Positions 8,449 through 18,397 of a stretch of 64,000 bases of DNA are shown one piece after another. Under the pieces are notes generated by a model. The model had not been told where the DNA came from and did no database searches. It saw only the letters and a program-made list of their open reading frames with translations. Every line of letters begins with the position of its first letter. Within the stretch, counting starts at the first letter, position 1. The translations under genes were made by a program, and so were the position numbers. Origin of the DNA: a virus; the IMG/VR virus record IMGVR_UViG_3300047552_002060, positions 1 to 64,000 of that record. The stretch is one strand, 5' to 3'.

Positions 8449-8918
8449 TAGAAGATTGTGAACTCTTAAATAGGCTGTGTTGGCTGCTTAATAAGCGATT
8501 CTTGGCCGAGCAAGAGTATGCCCGAGCCCAATGGCAAGTTGCCTACTACAGAAGGATTAAGGGCAAAATAAAGCATGGGCATGCTGTGTTTGACCCAGAT
8601 ATTGAGGTGTCGCGGTCCTTAGAGTCTATATCCAAGAAGATAGAGATTGTTAGATTGAAGTGCCTTAAGAAGCAGGAACAACTCCTCAAGGCCAAGAAGA
8701 AGCTTGCGGCACCAATAGGTCGTCTAGCTAAGACACTTAAGGCAGATTTTTGCTATAAGGATGGAACCATAAATGCTATTCAAGTCAAAGTTCCTATTCC
8801 ATCTGATCCTTCTCACACTTGGCGCAATTTATACTTAGAAAAAATTGACATAATAGATAGAGCTGAAGAATATATGTTCTCTAAGATCCTAGAGAAGGAA
8901 TTGACCTATGAAGACTAA
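8445..8918 (+). CDS. hypothetical protein
   Basis: ORF, translationally coupled. Confidence 0.6.
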   Translation: MIEDCELLNRLCWLLNKRFLAEQEYARAQWQVAYYRRIKGKIKHGHAVFDPDIEVSRSLESISKKIEIVRLKCLKKQEQLLKAKKKLAAPIGRLAKTLKADFCYKDGTINAIQVKVPIPSDPSHTWRNLYLEKIDIIDRAEEYMFSKILEKELTYED

Positions 8919-9246
8919 GAAAGACCCAGTAGATGCGCTCAAGATCAGTGCAGAGAGCAAGAAGATTCTCAAAGAGATCCGGACTGAGATGTTTAAGGCA
9001 GTGGAAGATCTCGAGAAAGAGAATGAGCAGCTGAAGACTTCTCTTAAGTTTTTGCGTGAAAAGAGTGATAAAGACGTGCTTCGCCTGATCGCTTGGGCTT
9101 TGGGTAAATCTGTCGCAGAGGTAAACAGGATGAAAGTGAATAAGCTTAGGGAGTGCTGGCGTCTTCGTGACCTGCCAGATCTGAATATCGTTTCTATTGA
9201 TCCTGTGACAAAGAAGTCATTTACACTGATTAAGTTGAGCAACTGA
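8908..9246 (+). CDS. hypothetical coiled-coil protein
   Basis: ORF with AAGGA SD. Confidence 0.65.
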   Translation: MKTKKDPVDALKISAESKKILKEIRTEMFKAVEDLEKENEQLKTSLKFLREKSDKDVLRLIAWALGKSVAEVNRMKVNKLRECWRLRDLPDLNIVSIDPVTKKSFTLIKLSN

Positions 9247-9428
9247 CCTACGGTAGAATCGTAGAGAGGCAATTCGTAATGCGACAGAAGTGTGAAGAAT
9301 GTGGTGACTACAAGCATTGTAATGAAGATAGTATTTGTTTTGATTGTGTCCAAGATAGACAAGATCTTCAGGACTGGCTTCCTGAAGATGAAGAAGATGA
9401 ATCAGAAGATAAAGAATAGGCGCTCTTA

Positions 9429-9860
9429 ATGCTTCTTATCTTAGAAAAAGCTCTTGTCTATGGCCATCTAGGTTTTCTTATTGAAATTTGGTTCACGGGC
9501 ATACATAGTTTTTTCTTTAGAAAAGATAAGAGTGCCACCGCAAAGACATACCTTCCGATGTGTTTGGTATATGGTATAGCAGCGTTAATATTAGAGAGTA
9601 TATCTCAAATTCTTCCATGGCCTTTTTATTTAAAGGCTTTTGTTTATGTTTTAGCAATATATGTCATGGAAGGTTTCAGTGGATGGGTGCTTAAAAAGCT
9701 TATAGGCCGGATTCCTTGGGACTATGGTATAAGTCATTGGACACCTTTCGGCCTTATTAATTTAAAGTACGCTCCGTTTTGGCTATTAGTTGCGATGGCC
9801 TTTGATCCTATCACTGATTTTCTTACTAAGTTGTTACGCCACCTATCATCGGTAACTTAA
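9429..9860 (+). CDS. CmpB/TMEM229-like membrane protein
   Basis: YGxLGFxIE, E..SG...PWDY...GLIxLxYxPFW motifs; 4 TM segments. Confidence 0.8.
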   Translation: MLLILEKALVYGHLGFLIEIWFTGIHSFFFRKDKSATAKTYLPMCLVYGIAALILESISQILPWPFYLKAFVYVLAIYVMEGFSGWVLKKLIGRIPWDYGISHWTPFGLINLKYAPFWLLVAMAFDPITDFLTKLLRHLSSVT

Positions 9861-10040
9861 TGTTGATCAAACAAGAATATTCTTTAACTAAAAAACTTTC
9901 GGCTAAAATAATTATGGGCAATTTGTCTATACGTCAAAGGCTATTATTAATTTGGTGGATAATTCTTGGCAAAGTAGTTACTTTTGACGGCGATACAGTG
10001 TTGTCAACTTGTGCTGAACTAATAGAAGATAGCTAAAATA

Positions 10041-10406
10041 ATGCTAATTAAGCAAGTAATTGTAATGAGGAAAGACCTCAAGATGCGCAGGGGAAAAGAG
10101 ATTGCCCAAGGCTCGCATGCTTCCAACCACATCCTGATGGAAGTCGGCTTCTTGGGAAAGAATCCTAGCAAAGAACTCATAGAATGGCTCAATACGGGAA
10201 CAACTAAGGTCTGCGTAAGAGTCGACTCTGAGCAAGAATTAATGGATATCTTTAATGCTGCTAAAAATGCTGACCTAGATGTTCATCTAGTCACTGACGC
10301 TGGTCGTACTGAGTTCAATGGAGTTCCGACTAAGACTTGTCTAGCTATCGGTCCTGATGACGCTGACGAGATCGACAAGATAACTGGACACCTGGCACTG
10401 TACTGA
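10041..10406 (+). CDS. pth2: peptidyl-tRNA hydrolase, Pth2 type
   Basis: KQVIVMRKDLKM..GK..AQ..HA, DAGRTE, TCLAIGP, IDKITGHL. Confidence 0.93.
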   Translation: MLIKQVIVMRKDLKMRRGKEIAQGSHASNHILMEVGFLGKNPSKELIEWLNTGTTKVCVRVDSEQELMDIFNAAKNADLDVHLVTDAGRTEFNGVPTKTCLAIGPDDADEIDKITGHLALY

Positions 10407-10428
10407 AACCACGATTGCGATCGCATTT

Positions 10429-10797
10429 ATGCTTATAACCGCACCAGAGTCTACGCTTACTTATATCGTCTATGGCTATGTCGGTATAGGCATCTTATTG
10501 ATGATAGCGCTGTTGACCGATGAGGAGATGACTAAAGACTGGCTAGATGCTGGCTTTGCTCTAATAGTTGGACCTATCTGGGCTTTTATCCTCGTACTTC
10601 TCTTGACGATAAAGATCATCGAGAATGGAAAAGAGAAGGTCTCTCTCTTTAAGCAAAGAAAACGAGATAAGAAGAGAACGGCCAACTCAAAACAATTATC
10701 ACTCATTCGTCGAATGTACTTATTAAACTTAATCAGCAAAGATACATTTGTAGAATGTAAGAATATAACCGTGAGAAAAAATGATTCTGGTCACTAA
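10429..10797 (+). CDS. membrane protein with C-terminal LKLIS-family motif
   Basis: Two TM segments then LIRRMYLLNLISKDTF. Confidence 0.6.
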   Translation: MLITAPESTLTYIVYGYVGIGILLMIALLTDEEMTKDWLDAGFALIVGPIWAFILVLLLTIKIIENGKEKVSLFKQRKRDKKRTANSKQLSLIRRMYLLNLISKDTFVECKNITVRKNDSGH

Positions 10798-11095
10798 AGA
10801 TATTTTTCTTGATGTTAAGAAGATAGTAGACATACATGTAAACGCCAATATTTTAACAAATATTATCAATGATAAAGTAGTCGAGACACCTCAATATAGA
10901 ATAGATATATGGGCTGATGCCATATTAGCTGGTTCAGCTCAACAGTATTCTATGAATACATATTTTGCTTCAAAAGAAGAAGCTTACGCTTGCTATCGAG
11001 AACTGATACGGCAAATAATTGACTCAGGCGAATATCCCGAGATGAATAATAAATTGTTAGACAACGTATTAACCACAAAGGAAGAGACCAAATGA
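10781..11095 (+). CDS. hypothetical protein, possibly related to 39666-40070
   Basis: LVTK.IFL...EA...ELIRQI.....E....KL matches IVTK.CFL...EA...EIIKEV.....E....KL in 39666. Confidence 0.6.
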   Translation: MILVTKDIFLDVKKIVDIHVNANILTNIINDKVVETPQYRIDIWADAILAGSAQQYSMNTYFASKEEAYACYRELIRQIIDSGEYPEMNNKLLDNVLTTKEETK

Positions 11096-11274
11096 AAGGT
11101 AGTTATCCTCGTACAAAGGCGATTCGTGTTGATAGGCGTGCTCGTGCTGCTGAAGTTCAGGCGGCTAATGAGCGCACACCAGAAGAACAGCTCAGGCATC
11201 TAGACATGCTCGGACTAACGGCAACCAAAGAGCGGGCAAAGATCGCAAAGAAGCTCCAAAAAGAAAAGAATTAA
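11092..11274 (+). CDS. small basic protein
   Basis: RTPEEQL..LD..G..A.KERAK; SD present. Confidence 0.65.
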   Translation: MKGSYPRTKAIRVDRRARAAEVQAANERTPEEQLRHLDMLGLTATKERAKIAKKLQKEKN

Positions 11275-11398
11275 GAATACTAATGTGGTAATGTTTAAGG
11301 ATGTTCTTGAGCATGATCAGACTATTATGGAGAGCTATTAAGTTAGCTCTCCATTTCTGTATTTGGGCTTTTTATCATTTCCGAATCTACACTTACTT

Positions 11399-11761
11399 AT
11401 GAACATCTATGTCATACATACTCTGAGAAGTGACTGGTATCTTGCAGATGTCTGCGACTATATATTTGCCTCTCTAGAGGGAGCAAAGAAGTGGACTGCA
11501 TATTACATAGAGAATAAGACAGAGCGAGATATCTATATCTCTACCTTTGAAGAGTGCCAACGTCTAGTCGAGGACAATGACATGAAGCCAAAGGCTATGC
11601 TTCAAGCGCTGAGTGACCTACATGACACTGCTACGGCGCATCGGGCACCGTTTTTCTCGATGGAGAAGTGGTTCTATGATGGAGTAGGGATCAGGAAGAA
11701 GGCCGTGGAGACAGCATTCGAATTGGTAAGTGGTACATTAAACAGGTTCTTGTCCCCGTGA
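11399..11761 (+). CDS. hypothetical protein
   Basis: ORF. Confidence 0.6.
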   Translation: MNIYVIHTLRSDWYLADVCDYIFASLEGAKKWTAYYIENKTERDIYISTFEECQRLVEDNDMKPKAMLQALSDLHDTATAHRAPFFSMEKWFYDGVGIRKKAVETAFELVSGTLNRFLSP

Positions 11762-11859
11762 TTGATTGGAAGCAGTTAGCCGAAGAGGCCCAAAAATTAG
11801 AGATTGCTATCGCTAGATGCGCAAGAGTGACTGCGTTATTAAAGATGTCTTCAAAGAAA

Positions 11860-11886
11860 AACCCGTACTATCCACTAGTACGGGTT
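11860..11886. terminator. bidirectional intrinsic terminator
   Basis: AACCCGTACTA-tccac-TAGTACGGGTT between convergent genes. Confidence 0.75.
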
Positions 11887-11921
11887 CTCTCTTTACTACA
11901 TGTTGTAGATTGGCCTATGTA

Positions 11922-12551
11922 TTAAACTTGAGCATATTCCCAAGAATATCCTTTATGCTGTTTACGTCCATTCTTACCTAAAATACAAGCTCTAATCATC
12001 GTAGGATCAAACCTGGGATCTTGAGATGTATACTCTAAGAAGATCTTCTCGCCTGTTTTTATATTAGTACCAATTACTGGTTTATATTGAGCTATTTGTT
12101 TTTCATGATGACGTTGTTTTGTCTTATCTGTGTCCATTGCTGCTTTTGTAGCAGCTCGATGTTTTGCGGCCCATTTAGGATCAGCACTGCGTTGCCGCAA
12201 CTTTGCTTTAGTTGCGGCACTATGATGCTTACCAGTATTAATCTTTCTAAGATGCTCTTTTTGAGCTTCAGAACAGATTCTTCCCGATTTCCCTTCACCA
12301 CCAAATGTCTTATTAACCAATTCTTCTCCCCAAATTATTGCTGTCTTAATTAAGAATCGTTCATAGGCCAAGACTACATCTTCATTTTCATGCTGAAAGA
12401 CAATTTCAATCTTTCTTCCACCGGCTTCTGAATAAACTTGACGCCATTCAGCACTTCTATCTTTGATAGAGTAAGCTCTATCGTCTTTTCCTTTACCAAT
12501 ATAGAAAAGATTGTTATTATCTAATCGTCTATGTTCATAGATATAAAACAT
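11922..12551 (-). CDS. free-standing GIY-YIG homing endonuclease with NUMOD3-like repeats
   Basis: FYIYEH...FYIGKG...R, N.T.GGEG, GKHHSAATKAKL; 3 nt downstream of nrdJ. Confidence 0.85.
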   Translation of the reverse strand: MFYIYEHRRLDNNNLFYIGKGKDDRAYSIKDRSAEWRQVYSEAGGRKIEIVFQHENEDVVLAYERFLIKTAIIWGEELVNKTFGGEGKSGRICSEAQKEHLRKINTGKHHSAATKAKLRQRSADPKWAAKHRAATKAAMDTDKTKQRHHEKQIAQYKPVIGTNIKTGEKIFLEYTSQDPRFDPTMIRACILGKNGRKQHKGYSWEYAQV

Positions 12552-12554
12552 AAT

Positions 12555-15017
12555 TTATCCACATTTAGAATAACCGCAATCTAAACAAGATACACATCCT
12601 TGTTGATAACTTAGATTATTAGAAGAGCACTGTGTGCAAACTTTTTCAGTTGTTTTTGTACCATCTGCGATATACGATTTACTAAGTACACGAGCAACTA
12701 CCGTAGAGAAAGAAAACATATCTGAATATTTATCTTTACGTAATTGTTCTACAATATATTGAATCGGCACTCCATGACGAAGTGAAGTAGACAGTGTTCG
12801 ACTTAATGAACCATAGAGTGGATTATCAAAAAGATCCACCACATTTTCAAACGTTTCTTCATCATTCAATATGAGGTTATAAGTGGAAGGTCCGGTCTTA
12901 TTTGAATGCTTAACAAGTTTTCCATGTTTTTCTTTCTTTCCAACTTCAATGTTTGCTGCTAATCCACAAAAAATCTCATATGGTTTTCCATGAAGCAAAC
13001 CAACAAGAATAACGTATTCTTCACCTTTAACTTTAGCTCTATGAATGTCACAAGGTAGAGATTTAGGTCGCTTAGGAGCATGCGTTTCTTGAATAGCTTC
13101 AATAGTGCCTGAACTTGTAGGTTTCTCAATTAGAACTCCTGATCTACTCTTATCGCGATAAATAGTAATTCCCTTACATCCATCCTTCCAACCCTTCATA
13201 TAAATATCTTTTACAGTATCAACAGTTGTATCTGAAGGAACATTGGTCGTATTGGAAATACTATGATCAACCCATCGCTGAGCAGCAGCTTGCATTTCTA
13301 CCTTTTTTAACCAATTGATATCATTAGCAGTGGATCCATAATAAGGACTGTCTTTTATATCAGACTTTGGATCTTTTCCATTAATACGAGCCCATTCTAA
13401 ATGACCATGATGAAAGACTTCAAATTCAGTCCACTTATCGCCTTGAGCATCAACGAAATCAGCTCTATCTGAAGCATTCATGTTTTTCTTGCGACGAGTG
13501 TAATTAAGACGAAACGCCGGCTCACATCCTGATGTTGTCTGACACATAATCGACATAGAACCAGCAGGAGCAATAGTGAGATTCGCTATATTACGTCTTC
13601 CAAACGATTTATACATTTTTTGAATTTCTAAAGGACACTCAGCAAGTACTTTAGAAACAAACGGATGATCCTTCTCTTTTGATAAGGAGAAGACGTTGAA
13701 AGCACCACGTTCTTTTGCCATAATAACAGAAGAAGTGTATGACTGAATTGCGAGTACTTTATGGATTTTCTCAGTCATGAGAATGCTTTCTTCACTGCCG
13801 TAACTCATGCCTAAGGCAGCTAAAGTATCGCCTAGACCTGTTTCGCCTAGACCGGTTCTTCTTCCATTGCTAGTAGTTTTAAGAATATTTTTCCATAAAT
13901 TAAGTTCAATTGCTTTTACTTCGTCTCGCTCAGGATCTTGCTCAATCTTATTGATGATCTTGTGAATCATTTCTAATTCAAGGTCGATCATGTCGTCCAT
14001 AAGACGTTGAGCTGTAATAGTAGTTGCCTTAAACTTTTCAAAATCAAAATAAGCTGTTGATGTGTATGGATTTACCACAAATTTAAAGAGATTTTGAAGA
14101 AGTAAACGGCACGAATCTAAAGGACATAGGGGCAATTCACCACAAGGATTGGTACTGGAAGTTCGATATCCAACATCTGCGTAGCAATCCGCTGGAGAAT
14201 TAGTAATAATTGTATCCCAAAACAATACTCCAGGTTCAGCGCTTTCCCAAGCGGCAAGCATCATTTGGTCCCAAACCGCTTTTGCTTTTACTTCTCTTAC
14301 AATTGAAGGAGTTGCGGAGTCTATGGGCCACTGTTGGGTATACGTAGTGTCGTCACAAACTGCTCGCATGAAAGCATTAGAGACCCTTATAGAAACATTC
14401 GCCCCGGTAACTCGAGTCTTATCTCGCTTAATATTAATAAATGTTTCAACTTCAGGATGGTGGACAGAAATGCTCAACATTAAAGCTCCGCGTCGACCAT
14501 TTTGAGCCACCTCACGAGTGGTATTTGAGAAACGATCCATAAAAACAGCAATACCATCTGTGGTTTTAGCCGCATTTGACGTAGAAACACCCTTTGGACG
14601 AATATTTGAGATATCATGACCTACGCCGCCTCGCCGTTTCATGATTTGAGCTTGTTCTTGATCGGCTCTAAAGATACCACCATAAGAATCTTGCGCCGGT
14701 TCGATAACAAAGCAATTACTAATACTTTGAAGTTGAAAAGGATTTCCGATACCAGACATCGGACTACCTTGCGGAATAATAGTCCAATCTTGAAACAAAT
14801 TAAAAATAGTTTCTTCAGAAAGCGGATTGGGGTATTTACTTTCAATTCTAGCGAATTCTTTTGCTAGTCGTCGATGTGTATCTACAGGTGTTGATTCATA
14901 GAAGATTTCATTGTTTTGAAGAGCATATTTATCAGTAAAAGTATTTGCCGCTAATTCATCTTGTTTGAAGTAAATCAATGAGGCATTTAAAACTTCTTGA
15001 CGCGTAAATTCAATCAT
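12555..15017 (-). CDS. nrdJ: class II (B12-dependent) ribonucleotide reductase
   Basis: SNCF, RGGVG, GRRGA, TNPCGE, TIAPAG, KGITIYRD, C-terminal TSCPD/Zn-ribbon CxxC...CxxCGYSKC. Confidence 0.92.
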   Translation of the reverse strand: MIEFTRQEVLNASLIYFKQDELAANTFTDKYALQNNEIFYESTPVDTHRRLAKEFARIESKYPNPLSEETIFNLFQDWTIIPQGSPMSGIGNPFQLQSISNCFVIEPAQDSYGGIFRADQEQAQIMKRRGGVGHDISNIRPKGVSTSNAAKTTDGIAVFMDRFSNTTREVAQNGRRGALMLSISVHHPEVETFINIKRDKTRVTGANVSIRVSNAFMRAVCDDTTYTQQWPIDSATPSIVREVKAKAVWDQMMLAAWESAEPGVLFWDTIITNSPADCYADVGYRTSSTNPCGELPLCPLDSCRLLLQNLFKFVVNPYTSTAYFDFEKFKATTITAQRLMDDMIDLELEMIHKIINKIEQDPERDEVKAIELNLWKNILKTTSNGRRTGLGETGLGDTLAALGMSYGSEESILMTEKIHKVLAIQSYTSSVIMAKERGAFNVFSLSKEKDHPFVSKVLAECPLEIQKMYKSFGRRNIANLTIAPAGSMSIMCQTTSGCEPAFRLNYTRRKKNMNASDRADFVDAQGDKWTEFEVFHHGHLEWARINGKDPKSDIKDSPYYGSTANDINWLKKVEMQAAAQRWVDHSISNTTNVPSDTTVDTVKDIYMKGWKDGCKGITIYRDKSRSGVLIEKPTSSGTIEAIQETHAPKRPKSLPCDIHRAKVKGEEYVILVGLLHGKPYEIFCGLAANIEVGKKEKHGKLVKHSNKTGPSTYNLILNDEETFENVVDLFDNPLYGSLSRTLSTSLRHGVPIQYIVEQLRKDKYSDMFSFSTVVARVLSKSYIADGTKTTEKVCTQCSSNNLSYQQGCVSCLDCGYSKCG

Positions 15018-15119
15018 TATTTCCTCGTATTTAGTAGAGAGATTTTACCCCGGATGAGATGCTAGAAGCAGGGATTAAATGGAGAAATGTATAATAAAAT
15101 CATGAGATATAAAAATAAG

Positions 15120-15389
15120 ATGAACGAGATCACAATCAAGATAGACAGAGGATTCGGCCTGGATCCTAATGATTCTACAATCTTATGGGAAGAGAAAGAA
15201 AGATTAAGAAAAGAACTTGAAGAGACAAAGGCAATATTGAGTGATTGTCTAGAAGAACAAGGCTCTAAGCCCATGATTGATAAACTGACGGCAGAGATAG
15301 CTCGTCTACAAGATGTAGTTGTATCTCTTCGAGTACAACTTGATTATAACGTCGATGGCGATGCTAGATACACAGCAAATATGGAGTAA
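15120..15389 (+). CDS. hypothetical coiled-coil protein
   Basis: ORF downstream of TGTATAAT. Confidence 0.6.
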   Translation: MNEITIKIDRGFGLDPNDSTILWEEKERLRKELEETKAILSDCLEEQGSKPMIDKLTAEIARLQDVVVSLRVQLDYNVDGDARYTANME

Positions 15390-15392
15390 TTT

Positions 15393-15740
15393 ATGACTAA
15401 ATCTAAAACAGACATTCTTATTACAGAAACCAAAGTTCTTTACAATGATAGCTATATGGCTAGCGATTTTTTAAAAGAAATGACGGATTTTGCTATAGAA
15501 CATGGTGTTGATCTAAAAGATGTGACATTACATTTGTCAGCTTATGACGGAGATCACTCCTATCTTTCTTTAAGTAGGCCAGAGACAGGCGCGGAGAAAG
15601 AGAAACGATTGGCGAGGAATAAGAAGGCTAGAGAATTTAAGCAGAAGTTCAAGCAAAAACAAGAAGAAAAAGAAAAGAAAGAGTATGAACGACTCAAAGC
15701 AAAGTATGCTTGGATGGACAATGAAGCCAATTTTAATTGA
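15393..15740 (+). CDS. hypothetical protein, paralog of 3064-3441
   Basis: RPET..E...RL...EYERLKAKY. Confidence 0.7.
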   Translation: MTKSKTDILITETKVLYNDSYMASDFLKEMTDFAIEHGVDLKDVTLHLSAYDGDHSYLSLSRPETGAEKEKRLARNKKAREFKQKFKQKQEEKEKKEYERLKAKYAWMDNEANFN

Positions 15741-16161
15741 GGTCTATTCAGACGGCTCAGGAAATACCTTTGATTCTGATGGTGGATATGGCTGGCGCAT
15801 CGTCGTAGATGGTGTCTTCTTAGAAGAAGGCAACGGATACTTGTCAAAGGCTACGAATAATACAGCTGAGCTCTCTGCTGCACTCTTTGGACTACAACGA
15901 ACTGAATCCATTATCCTTCAAAATCAATGGCAATTAGCAAAAGTAGTTCTTATATCTGATTCACAGCTTGTCCTTGGGTATGCTTCTAATAAGTGGCGCT
16001 GTAAGGCAGAACATCTTAGGCCTCTTAGAGACGAATTACAACAAGTGTATAACCGTTTAGATGCTGAAACGCGCTGGGTTAAAGGTCACAATGGTGACCC
16101 CAATAACGAAGCTTGCGATAAGCTAGCTAAGACTGCCAGAGAAGGAAAGGGACACGTATGA
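15721..16161 (+). CDS. rnhA: ribonuclease HI
   Basis: YSDGS, TNNTAEL, SDSQL, WVKGHNGDPNNEACDKLA. Confidence 0.92.
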   Translation: MKPILIEVYSDGSGNTFDSDGGYGWRIVVDGVFLEEGNGYLSKATNNTAELSAALFGLQRTESIILQNQWQLAKVVLISDSQLVLGYASNKWRCKAEHLRPLRDELQQVYNRLDAETRWVKGHNGDPNNEACDKLAKTAREGKGHV

Positions 16162-16315
16162 AAAAATGTGAACATGAGTGGGAAGAAGTCTACTATGACA
16201 GTCACAATGGTGTACATGATTATAAGTGTAAAAAGTGTGGAGATTATATTCAGACTACAAGACCTGATCTTCACGGTATTTATAAGTAAAGCTAAGAAGA
16301 ACAAAGGAGACGTTT

Positions 16316-16531
16316 ATGAGTCTACGTACATGTATATATTGTCGAGGTTGCGTATGGGGAGACAAACAAGAGAGTACGAGAGTCTGCGATACTTGTAGGG
16401 AACAGATAAAGAAGTTTGACGAAGATACGATTAATTGGTTGATGACGGTAATCGATGGACGCATTTACGCTGAGCTCGACAACCATACCGACAGATATAG
16501 CCATGAATCAAGTGATAGAGGATATTACTGA
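16316..16531 (+). CDS. small zinc-finger protein
   Basis: AAGGAG SD; CxxC...CxxC. Confidence 0.6.
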   Translation: MSLRTCIYCRGCVWGDKQESTRVCDTCREQIKKFDEDTINWLMTVIDGRIYAELDNHTDRYSHESSDRGYY

Positions 16532-16722
16532 TGAAGATCTGGGCAATAACATATGGTGATGGATTTGAGTTCTCAGGTGTCATCGTGGAAGCTTATGACG
16601 ATGAAACAGTCGCCGATCTCAGATGCATGGAACTTAATAAGAAGTGGACTGAGCGCGGTAGCCAATATGGTGGATACGATGTCCAAGAATATGAACTCAA
16701 TAAGCGCGATGAAACTCTATGA
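16531..16722 (+). CDS. small hypothetical protein
   Basis: Coupled ORF, MKIWAI...YDVQEYEL. Confidence 0.6.
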   Translation: MKIWAITYGDGFEFSGVIVEAYDDETVADLRCMELNKKWTERGSQYGGYDVQEYELNKRDETL

Positions 16723-16884
16723 AAAAATATTTTCTTTTAATAGCTGGTGATCAATACTATCCTTGTAGTGGTACACGAGACTGGAAAGAAACTTTTGAAA
16801 CTTACGCCGAGGCTGAGATCGCTGCTGAAGCTATGTCTTGCGATTGGTATGACATTGTAGATTTACAACAATGGATAGGTAGTG

Positions 16885-17202
16885 ATGAAACTCTATGAAA
16901 TTCTAGTCCCTACAATCTACGGGGATACAATGAAACCTATTCGAACAAAGCATCATAAGAAATGGGATGAGCGCGTTAAAAAGCTCTCTGGTGGACTTAC
17001 GATTCTAACTCCTGGCAAGGGAGTGTGGGTTCACGAAGGAAAAGACTACATCGAACGCGTCATTCCCGTACGAATCATGTGTGAAGAAAAAGTAATAAAG
17101 AAGATCGTTGAGATCACATTGCAACACTATCGCCAAAAGGCAGTAATGTACTATGTCATTTCGAGCGAATGTTTTATCGTCAATGCAAAGGAAGACCAAT
17201 GA
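16885..17202 (+). CDS. hypothetical phage protein
   Basis: LYEILVPT...GGLTI...GVW...E..IPVRI...HYRQ.AVMYY. Confidence 0.75.
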   Translation: MKLYEILVPTIYGDTMKPIRTKHHKKWDERVKKLSGGLTILTPGKGVWVHEGKDYIERVIPVRIMCEEKVIKKIVEITLQHYRQKAVMYYVISSECFIVNAKEDQ

Positions 17203-17861
17203 CAACTGTTAAACTTATCAGCATGACTCAATCTGAAGTGTTTGTAGAAGGTAAACAACTCTCACCAGAACAGCTCATCGAGTATACTGCTCGAGTCTCT
17301 AATCCTGCTGGTCAAGAGAAATATACAGACTCTTTTAAGCTTCTTAAGTATCTTATTGAGAACAACCACATCTCACCATTAGAGATGGTTGACTTCACGG
17401 TAGAAATCGAGACTTCACGAGCTATTGCTGCTCAGATACTTCGGCACTGGTCATTCTCATTTCAGGAATTCAGCCAGCGATATGCGCAGGCAGCTGACTA
17501 TGTCCAGTATCCTGCTCGTAGCCAAGACTCCAAGAACCGCCAGAACTCTATCGACAACATGTCAGATGAAGACAAGCGGTGGTTTTTTGACGCTCAAGTG
17601 AAGGTGTGGTCTACATCAAAGGATCTCTACGATGAGGCCTTGGCCAAGGGGATTGCGAAAGAACAGGCCCGATTCCTACTACCCCTGAATACAAAAACCC
17701 GTCTATATATGAAAGGGAACGTCAGGGATTGGTATTTTTATCTACGTCTACGTTCTGCAAATGGAACACAGAAAGAACACATGGATATTGCGAAAGCAAT
17801 TATTGACCAGGTATTTAAGCCCAACTTCCCGAATATCGCTGCTGTAGCTGGCTGGATTTAA
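17199..17861 (+). CDS. thyX: FAD-dependent thymidylate synthase
   Basis: ARVS, HISPLE, QILRHWSFSFQEFSQRY, EQARFLLP. Confidence 0.93.
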   Translation: MTTVKLISMTQSEVFVEGKQLSPEQLIEYTARVSNPAGQEKYTDSFKLLKYLIENNHISPLEMVDFTVEIETSRAIAAQILRHWSFSFQEFSQRYAQAADYVQYPARSQDSKNRQNSIDNMSDEDKRWFFDAQVKVWSTSKDLYDEALAKGIAKEQARFLLPLNTKTRLYMKGNVRDWYFYLRLRSANGTQKEHMDIAKAIIDQVFKPNFPNIAAVAGWI

Positions 17862-18394
17862 ATTTTAGGTTTCGTCCATGAAAGATCAGGAGTAAGTTTT
17901 CGAATAGCTTCTGATCGTTCATCGCTGGAACCTTTGGTGGGAACATAAACAATGCGATGTGTCGTAACCGGAATATTTTTTGCTCTAAGTTCATGAGCAA
18001 TATTTCCGGTTCCACCTGGATGGTCTGCTTCTCCGACCATAAATACATCGTATGTCGGCTCTTTGGAAGGTCTTTTATTAATATGATCTGTGGCAGAATA
18101 GACAAGACCAACACCAGGTTTGTCAGACCACCAACCCTGATCTTTTAATTTATGAACTATTGTTCCTGTATGGACTCCGCCTGATGGATTAACTTCGACG
18201 CCAAATCGCTTTAAATCTTTGGCTGTAAGTCCATTCATACCACGATATAAAGGGATCCGTGGAGCAGGTTCTGTACTTGGGGTACTTACTGGCTTAGTTC
18301 CAAGTGGAGAATTATTTTGAATACCATATGCCTTAGATGTACTTTTTTCTAAAGTCCATTGACCATTAGAAGCAATTTTAAGAAACTCACTCAT
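17858..18394 (-). CDS. hypothetical protein with N-terminal NGQWxLxKS motif
   Basis: MSEFLKIASNGQWTLEKS; LYRG motif. Confidence 0.7.
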   Translation of the reverse strand: MSEFLKIASNGQWTLEKSTSKAYGIQNNSPLGTKPVSTPSTEPAPRIPLYRGMNGLTAKDLKRFGVEVNPSGGVHTGTIVHKLKDQGWWSDKPGVGLVYSATDHINKRPSKEPTYDVFMVGEADHPGGTGNIAHELRAKNIPVTTHRIVYVPTKGSSDERSEAIRKLTPDLSWTKPKI

Positions 18395-18397
18395 GAC

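Noticed and set aside
570-11638. 16-bp direct repeat TGACACTGCTACGGCG at 570-585 and 11623-11638, possible att site
   Set aside because: About one 16-mer match is expected by chance in 64 kb; there is no integrase and one copy lies within a CDS
12555-15017. Intein or group I intron in nrdJ
   Set aside because: Continuous ORF of normal length with no visible splice motifs
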